Assembly (NCBI GenBank): GCA_023515725.1
Contig: JALDTO010000266.1
Span: forward strand, 630,708 to 694,707
Direction of reading: 5' to 3'
Length of the DNA: 64,000 nucleotides
Origin: Amoeboaphelidium protococcarum X5
Lineage: Eukaryota > Fungi > Aphelidiomycota
Shown here: positions 55,259-64,000 of the stretch, in pieces
Layout: every line of letters starts with the position of its first letter
Position numbering within the stretch: the first letter of the stretch is position 1
Notes under the pieces: model-generated
The model's database searches: none
Told to the model about the DNA's origin: nothing
What the model saw: the letters and a program-made list of their open reading frames with translations, nothing else
Program-made: the position numbers and the translations under genes

Positions 55259-56598
55259 ATGTCAATCACATTGATCAATTCTCTATTCCCTGATGAAGTT
55301 TTATCACTGATCTCATCATCGTATCAACCAAATTGTTTAAAATTTTTTAATAAGCTGCTTAATCTCTTGCATACTGTACCTGAGGAATCTATTGCGCGTT
55401 ACCTGAGACCTGAAGATCTGTTCTAGTTATCAAAGACTTGTCATGGAATGTAGAAATTCGTTCAAAGTCACCGGGCGTTTGTCAAGTACTGTTATCATTC
55501 GTACTATGGTCCGGCAATGACTGCTTATAAGATCTAGAACCACAATGTTCTGGGATTAAAGTCAGAAGAGGACTACGCATGGTTCATGGTGCCTTCCGTT
55601 ATGCGTCGTTCAGAGCTGGAGAAGGTTGTCATTGGGAATTCGTTTGCCTAGAAGAATCAACCGGGCTGGTTTGCTGCTTTTAACGCGTGTATTGACCAGG
55701 CACTTGAGGACGGACATGACTCTATTGAGCCGGCTGGTTGTGACTGCAACAACACTCTTCTGGTCTAGTTTATAGTGTGTGTCATTTCTAAAGTCTAGAC
55801 AAGATGGTCAAGAATTCAATCGCGCCCCATTTTAAAAATATGGCCATCTATCTGACAAGTTGCCTGATTTGTTCTATGCAGAGTTGTACAGATTATATCG
55901 CAATCAAAACGCGGATGGTTTTGATGAAGATGGTAGTGTTGATAAGAGTATCTACAACTTTTAATCGCTCATCCTGGTGGATGCTGTCAAGATGTTGGAG
56001 TAAGAGTTCAATTTTACCATCTCTCAGGAAGGGAAGGACAATTACCTGGTAGTCTATGGAGAGGCCCCAGATTATTATGATCCTCCTGAAGAGGAGTTTT
56101 CGAAAGAAGTTGCCGAATGTGTTAGTGAATTGCTGACTGAAGGCAACTATCACGAAGAAGTGTTTGAAGTATTGGTGACCGATTTGGCGGCCAGGTATCG
56201 GTACACTAAAGAATTGCATTCATACGGAACCAAGACTATAAAAGATCTCTTCTGTCTAATTGATAAAAAAGTACGGTATTTTAATGTCCCGGATGCGTGG
56301 AACCACAATGGGATGAAGTTGAAGGAGGCTTACCGGGCTTAAATCTTGTTGAATCAAGAGATTGCTAGCGAAATTGAATTGGCAGGTTTTGAGAGCGTGT
56401 AAGAAGCTGTAAAGCATTTCCTACTTGATGAGCAGTTTGGGAGAGATGAAGATGAAGATTGACTGGCTAGATGATGACGAGGACTACGGAGATGAAAATG
56501 CTTCAACAGGACATATGGAGGAATTTTGCATATCTTTGGCTGTCGCTTTTCTGGGTTTCTTCGAGTAGTTTGACTCTTAAGGACAATATGATTTATGA
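55259..56598 (+). pseudogene. F-box-like protein pseudogene (frameshifts near 55790 and 56460)
   Basis: F-box-like VPEESIARYLRPEDLFQLSKTC. Coding-like sequence changes frame twice, with TGA in the original frame. Confidence 0.55.
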
Positions 56599-56898
56599 AA
56601 TGCTACAGAACACGCTGCATCAGGGATAGAAGAAGCGTGCAGTATCGATTGTCTACAACATGGCCTTACACAAGAAATGCACTTTGGATTATGATTTGAA
56701 GTTCTATCCAATAGTGCAGTTGGCGCAATGTTTGTAGCAAGTGCAGATCTTCTGCATGGGATGTGTTTGTGTATTTCATCTAGAAAGGTAGATGGGACCT
56801 CTTGAATTGCATCCATCAAATCTATGGTCAATTCTCAAAGTAGGATGCTGAATGAAGATTTTTTACAATTCCAAATCGAAGAATATTACTGACAGACA

Positions 56899-57274
56899 AC
56901 GCGTGGTGATCAAGAAGAATTTGTTAGTTCAATGATCAGTTGATTGTGATATAATTAATGCTACAGTAGTGCTGAGAATGATTCGTGTTTAATGAAAGTA
57001 TCTGCCAAATTTTGGTAAAGTGTGCTAGTAAACACGCGTGACTTTCTATAATGTTACACCCTCAATGCTTCTTTCAAATTACAGTTCTGTATATACTATT
57101 ACATGATACGCTATTATTGACCACATACTGTGACTCTGTTTCACTCTGACTCTTCATCTCTCTTCTGCTCTTTATCTCCTGTTTCTTATGCATCGTGTCT
57201 CTAAATCTCCATTCGTTTCATCATCAGTTCTGAACGAGCGATTGCCCTCATCAAAAGTTTTGAATGACACGCGT
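56899..57274. promoter_or_regulatory. three MluI cell-cycle box (ACGCGT) motifs upstream of DNA polymerase eta
   Basis: ACGCGT at 56899, 57034 and 57269; function inferred. Confidence 0.4.
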
Positions 57275-57404
57275 TCAATCTTTTCACCTTCCCTTTCTTA
57301 CCTTTCTCACTCAGTCATTACACGTTGTTGGAATTTGTAATACTAGATTATTTCTTTACTATTTGGGGGGAAGTTACTACTACATTGTATCAGATCTTCT
57401 CTTA

Positions 57405-59738
57405 ATGACGAATTAATCTAATGATCCTAGAGTGGTCATTCATTGTGATCTGGATGCCTTTTATGCACAGGTGGAGCATGTTAGAACTGGGATATCAAGA
57501 GACTTACCTCTGGCTGTCTAATAATGGCAAGGCTTAATTGCTGTGAATTATAAGGCTAGAGATTTTGGTATCAATCGGCATATGCGTATCCAGGAGGCCA
57601 AAGAGAAGTGTCCCGACTTGCAGCTTGTCCATGTAGCCACGTTCAAGAAGGGAGAGTCTGTGTATAGATATCGTGACTAGTACTCTGTGAGTAATGATGT
57701 TGGTAGTACTATTGAGCAGGTGGATCCTTTCAAGTATAAAGTCAGTCTTGATCAATATAGAAGAGAGAGCAAGAAGATTTTACAGTTGATCAATTCAGAA
57801 TTCGATAAAGTTGAAAAGGCTTCCATTGACGAAGTTTTCATTGATGCTTCTAACTCTGCGCTCTTTGGCGATATCACTGCTCTTGAAGATTAAAGAGAAA
57901 ATGATGGTGATTATCATGAAATTACCGATGATATGATGTATGATCATTTATAATCACTTATTAACAGGTACAACATTCGGATAATAAATGAATGTGGCTT
58001 ACGACAATACGATATTGAAATTCTTCAAAAGTATGTGTCTGAAGCTATAAGAGCTGCGTTGTTAAAGCAGTTGATCTGGGACAAGCTGTAATATACTATA
58101 AGTATTGGTGTTAGCGGGAATAAGTTGTTGAGTAAGTTGTGCTCTTCTCTGAATAAGCCTGATTGTGTCAGCTTATTTATTCCTCCTCAGTCGTCATTGT
58201 CGGGTGTAGATGGTGCTAATTACGTAGATTTAGACGCTTTCTTGGGTGATATTGGTATTTCTAAAGTTCGTAATTTGGGTGGTAAAGTTGCCAATGTTCT
58301 GTAGACGAGAGATATTCTAACGCTTGGCTAGTTGAGGGAAAAGTCTAGTGATGAAATACGTAATATGCTCGCTACAGCTATTCCGGAAAAGTAGTTGGAG
58401 TACCTACTAGGTGTTCTGAAAGGTCAATGTAATGATGACGTTAATCCGCGAATGGGAAATAAGTCCTTTCTCAGTGCCAAAAGTCTCACCCGCAGTCCTT
58501 ATACAACTATTGTGGATTTACAGCAGTGGCTTGTTGTTCTGTGTGGTGAACTGACGTACCGTTGCCTGGATGAGTATGAGCTGACTTGTAGATGGCCCAA
58601 GTCTTACACACTCACCGTCTCGTATTCTGAGAAGGACCTATCTGATCATCCGATATAACAATGGAAGTAGTAGACGGGTGGCTCCAATGACTCTTTGAAA
58701 ACGGATGATAATGAAGAGGACGATTTGGATGATTCTGGTGGTGATATGGAAATGGCAATTGAAAGAAAGATCTTTAATGTGAACAGTAGAGACTATAATA
58801 AGCACTTCGCTGCACCTCATCCGAAGGAGATTGAACGCAAATTGTATCCAATGATCTCCAGTGCTCTTGTGAGTGAATTCCAAGGATCAGCGTAAAAGTT
58901 TCGATTTCTTTGGATTGGATTGAAAGCTATCAGTTTCTCTCATATGCCCAAGACTGGAATAGACTCATTCTTTGGTAAAACTCCCAATTAGACACCTGCA
59001 AAGTCTAATACGTATGGTGGAGTTTTGAACACACCACTTGAGTAGAAGAGGTAGTCGTCTTACATGTAATAGTAGACACCTATCATGAACGCTGATACAC
59101 CGGATGGTGCTTAATAGGATTTTGGCTTAGGTTAAGATACTTCAAATACACCTGGAATGACTGCTGGTACCGATAAGGTGGCAATTAAAGAGAATATTGG
59201 TTCTTCAGTATCTTTTATTGATGGTACTGAAGAAGGAAATAGAGATGATAATGAATTCGAATTTGATCTCACTGCTGACAACTTTGCAGAATATAATGAA
59301 GCAGAATTGATTCAACTTGGAGCTGAGAGCACTAGGACATTTAGCAATGGTGGCAGTGATGATGTTATCGTGGTGTGGGAAGAGAAAGACCGTGAAGGTG
59401 ACTCAAATCCTGGTACAAAGCTTCATGAAAGCCGTTACAAGGCTGATCATGCCGATTTAGAAGAAGAAGATGATGATTATAATGATGTTAGATTTCCAAC
59501 GCATAAATGTGAAGAGTGTGGTGATGTACTGGTGTTGATTGACGATAAGGTGTTGGAGGAGCACAGAGATTTTCATGTGGCTCAAAGTTTTCAGGAGATG
59601 GAGAAACAGTCCAGGTGCAAGTCTTTATAGCAAATGCATGACTAGAAAGTTGGTAGTCGCAAGAATTTGAAGGCGTCAATATTACTGCCTCAAAAAGCGC
59701 TGTCTTTAAGTGCATCCAAGAAGCAGAGAAGATTTTGA
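57405..59738 (+). CDS. RAD30: DNA polymerase eta (Y-family)
   Basis: IHCDLDAFYAQVE, LAV(TAA)(TAA)WQGLIAVNY, SLDQYRRES, EKASIDEVFID, PIP-like GIDSFF, UBZ CEECG...EEHRDFHVA; TGA at 59736-59738. Confidence 0.93.
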
Positions 59739-59850
59739 ATAAATTGATTATTTCATTTGTGTGTATAATTCCATCATATGCATTATTATCTTCCAGAAAT
59801 GACTTAATACTAACTCTCCCGCGACTCTGCACCTGGCAAGCAGAAGCTCT

Positions 59851-60756
59851 TCAATTCAATGGCTTTCTAGGAGCAGGCTTCTTGTTGCGTTTAGTCTTCA
59901 CCACGCCATTGACAATCTTCATCTCACGGGGTTTGTTGTGCAATTTCAAGTAGAGACCACAAGCATTACATACCAGAGTACTATCATACGGATGACGGCG
60001 CCAAGCAGGAGTCTTAGTGGAGCCACATAGTGTGCAGACTTTCCCATTGAAAGGATTTACCTTTTGATTATTATTAGTGCTTCTACCGAGTATATGCTAT
60101 TGATCGAGCTTAGGTATCAAAGTCGGACTGCTTTAACTCGTTCCAATGGATGCTTGCGGATTTTCATATACAAACTTGGTTTTCATCAGCCTCTTACCAT
60201 AATCAAATAAGCCATCAAATTCTTGATCATTGTACTTAAGTGATACAGAATCGCGGTATATATTAGAGTCATCTACTGCAGGTAGCAACGTCGGATCTCC
60301 AACTAGATATCCCAACGACGCGTTCAACTCATATGATGACAATGATCTATGCAAATGACTTTGAGAGTTTTAGGCGCCATGTAAATCATAATCACTATCC
60401 CAAAAATTACCAGATTAGGGATATAGATTATTGGGTTGGAGATTGTGTAGATCATTGGGCAGATCGACTTGATGATCATCGGGTTGAAACAATTAAGCAG
60501 AAGCCTTGTGCAGATTGTTGAAACTGATATTAAAGTCAATATCTGTACTACTTTCGGACTGAGATGTACCAGGCTGTGCCATATTATTATCTGATATGCC
60601 GAAATACTAAACAGCTTCGTCAGCAGGACTAAAATCAACAACATCAGGGTGGGAGATGTTACGATCAGGTGCAAGGAGGATTTCTTTAAGGAGTAGATCA
60701 ACCTTATCTTCCATTGAAGAACTACCGGATGAAGGCAAATGAAATCCAGTAGACAT
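59851..60756 (-). CDS. GATA zinc-finger transcription factor
   Basis: C-terminal CTLCGSTKTPAWRRHPYDSTLVCNACGLYLKLHNKPR; disordered N-terminus. Confidence 0.85.
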
Positions 60757-61030
60757 TTGTCGCAAATGTATTTATTTAATAGTAATCTTAAGTAAATGAG
60801 AGAGTTAAAGTTACAAATATCGCAACTAGTAGAGAATCTTTGTATGGTAACTGGCATATTCGGCAATTTACGCGTTTCATTTTTAACATTTGTACTTGAA
60901 CCGGTTTATGGCGAGGCTTTCCAAAGGCAATCTGGAAATGTAAAGACTAAACACGATACATCGAAAGCGAGTTTAAAGGGAAAGGTTACAAACAAATCGG
61001 ATCGACATGCCTATTTAATATATATAATGT

Positions 61031-64000
61031 TCAAGAGTCCAAGATCTGCTATCTAATGTTAGCATGAATCAAGCACAGGTAATCGATATAGTTCATATTG
61101 TCGTTGTTTTTATCTTCAACCAGCAGTTGCATAAAGAGCGGCTCCATAGGATCTCCTTGTCTTATAATCTGCAACTGGACATACTAACCTCTTCTCAAAT
61201 CATCTTGAATGTGGCTAATCAGAGCACGAACTCTCACTGATGTCACATTGTCAATCACTGGGAGTTCTCTCAATTTGATATCAATCTGCTCCACTCCCGG
61301 TTGACCAAACATGTCCTGACAGAATTGACTGTCAACATTTCGCGTCACATACATGTACAAAACTTCAGTATTCTCCAGCAAGTAGACACCATTCGGGCTG
61401 ATGTAATCGATCGAGGCTCTGACCACATGAGGCAATACAAAATGATTCAGCTATGGATCATACTCACAAACGCCCTCCTGCAAGTCATGAATGGCGAATA
61501 TTCTTGGATAGAACAGAGCAGTGCTAGCTCCTACACCAATATTACGAACATACCGCATTCCATGAACGCGAAAGTCTGACGATAGATCCACTCCACCTCT
61601 GAGTGCTTTAAACTTCAGCATTGCCAACGACAAGATAGGATACAGCTTGTACGTCTCTGGAAGGATCAACTACCCAGCGGCACCAGAGGATGCACAATGT
61701 TTCCTATATGCACCCAGTATCTAGACACATAGATCGCTAAGCTGCTCCCTCACCACCTTGAGTTAAGTACTCTAACATTGAGCAACAGCAGATTTAATAA
61801 CGAGATTCAGCGTAGTGTCCATATCAGCATTTCTAAATACATTAGCCAACACTGTAGTAGATGGTAGAGTCAGATTAATAACACGTATCAACCGTTATCC
61901 CAGAGCTGAGGTGTACAACATGGCAATCTGGAATGAGATATCAGCATTTTCACCAATCTTACCATCGTGAACAAACTTGACGGCAAAAGACTTTTCACTA
62001 TCCACCACGCCCATTTCAACATCAGTGGTATTGCGCATCATAAAATTACCATGATGCTCCACTGCTCGCAATCCATTTCCACATCTGACTCTGAGAATAC
62101 AGTCATATCCAAATTGCCTGGTAACGATTCTACGTAACTCCTCTGCAAATCGGTATCCATCACGAGCGTAATTGAAATTCACATACATGTACGTATTCCC
62201 ACCACTGATTGAACTCAATGGGCCAATAGTGGCAACATCAATGTACTGCTGTGGAAATAGAAACAGATCAACACCTACACCACAACCGACTGCCTTCTCT
62301 GCCAACTTGACGTAAAAATCATTCTATGGAGCAAACAAAGTCTTCTCCTTGTCAGTATTGAATAGCTTTGGATCTTCTCTGCTAGTCAGTGATCCAGATC
62401 CAAAGTTTGGCAAAGATGATTATAACACCACGATCCTCCCGCCAGTCTTAGCAAGACCTGACAGCACAGCATCGACAGCTGAACCAAAACAAGTCTCAGG
62501 AGTGCGCGCACTAGAGAAAAGCTTAGGGAACTGCTTCAGTACAGATTCAATCTATTCTCGACACTCGACCGGATTAACCAGGAAACCATCCTCAATCGGC
62601 ACAAATCCATCCTCCAAATCATTCATAGTCATCAGCTCTGGATTAAGTTTTTGGGAGTTCAAGTTAAAAAAGTGGACCGCTCTATCAAATGCCACTATTC
62701 CAATCTTACACAAAACTTCTCCCTCATCATTCTCAGGGAACAGATCCAGAATTTCCAGAAGTGTATCCACAGCCAACTGCATCATTCCACTTTGAATCGC
62801 ATTAAATGAAACGTCAATAATAAATACAAAGCTGGCAGGTACAGGCTTTCGGAAACAGAATTCTGGTGTCGCCACAAAGTCAACTGTACCATATTGCAAT
62901 TCCGGTCTCTGATAATGATCCAGCCTGAGGCCACCCATATCTAGAGCAGAGAAATACTCGGCCGGTACTTCAGTATTACCAAACTCACAAATGTTGCAAT
63001 ACAATTTACGTCCACCATCGACAAAGCGCATAAATGGATTCACATATGCCTTACACCTATTGCATCTAACAGGACCTTGAGGACCCATATCAACAACCGG
63101 CACAGGTGGTTCATTGGATGGCATATGAGCCATTGGCTAAATAACTAGACCGAAAGGAATTTTACTCAAATTCGAAACCTCTGAAGTTCCAGGCACATTG
63201 TAAGTGGTGGCTCTAATAAATCTAGGAGCCGCGTTACCATCATCAACACATAGAAAGTCTGTACTGGCCAGTGGAGGCAATTACTTAGAATTTGTTCGAT
63301 ACTCATGATTATCCCATAGCTCTTAGTCTTGACGCTACACTTCCACCACCGAGGGAATCTAATCTGGATTTATTTTCTATCTCTACTACTCCATGAACTA
63401 CGACTAAGACTACTATAATGGTTAAGGTGGAAATTAAGGAGGCATTGGTTACTACTACTAAAATTAAGGCTGCTACTAGGGAAACTACTACTACTACTAT
63501 TGACTTTACATTGGAGGACCAGGCTAAGGTTATTAAAACTACTGTAACGGAGGTGGTTGCATCGGGGCTCTCTATTACGGGTACTACGGTTATTACTACA
63601 ATGACTGTTACTATTACGGAAACTGCATCTGAGGCTATCTCTGCATGTTAGGACTCATCTAATTGCTAAAGCCATTAGGAGGAGTACCAGGACCGGTAGA
63701 GGAGACTGGAGGCATAGATGGCGATGGTTACTACTGCTATCCTGGATAGACTCTTCTTGAAGAACTTGTACTGCCGGCAGGACTAACTCTATTGACAGAC
63801 GGACGCATCATCTACGGCGATCCATTCAATTGCATCTACTACATTCCATTAGCCAATTATCCAGCCATATTGCCACTACAAAAACAAAAGGTATTATCAA
63901 AATGTTATTCCTGCTGATTAGATGTTATAAACTTACTTTTACTATGGCATAGCAGGCCTCATTTATTATCCCTAATGTTACTACTAAGGCAAAGGCGGTC
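61031..64000 (-). CDS. SEC24: COPII coat subunit Sec24 (SEC24C/D-Lst1-like), 5'-partial, intron 63876-63936
   Basis: GNAAPRFIRAT, zinc finger PVRCNRCKAYVNPF, RPELQYGTVDFVA, FIIDVSFNA, GVDLFLFP, gelsolin-like C-terminus. The P/Q-rich N-terminus runs off the window. Confidence 0.95.

Overview
Gene-dense eukaryotic (fungus-related) nuclear DNA that uses a non-standard genetic code: TAA and TAG are read as Gln and TGA is the only stop. The supplied ORF track is therefore fragmented. Re-translated by hand with this code, the window holds about 33 compact host genes with a few short AT-rich GT-AG introns. These include ALG2, GluRS, a TEY MAP kinase, G3BP/Bre5, PIG-V, Psh1, RasGEF, JmjC demethylase, GMD, UTP15, DZIP1, COQ3, Osh4, Sec61-gamma, perilipin, RNase Z, CDC48, beta-adaptin, DNA polymerase eta, a GATA factor and SEC24. 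The code plus the fungal-type and ciliary gene content suggest an aphelid such as Amoeboaphelidium (inference). The main finding is a roughly 1,180-codon minus-strand gene at 50994-54524, almost invisible in the ORF track. It fuses an N-terminal FEN1/XPG-type PIN nuclease domain to a C-terminal Fanzor/TnpB RuvC nuclease with an intact D-E-D triad and zinc ribbon. A ~190-nt multi-stem RNA structure (candidate omega-RNA) overlaps its 3' end and abuts the beta-adaptin 5' region. Two frameshifts interrupt the PIN part only. The window also has an ODC antizyme with an unusual GGG-UGA-U +1 frameshift site and a downstream hairpin, a decayed Ty1/copia element, and an F-box-like pseudogene. All calls come from manual translation and motif recognition; no searches were run.
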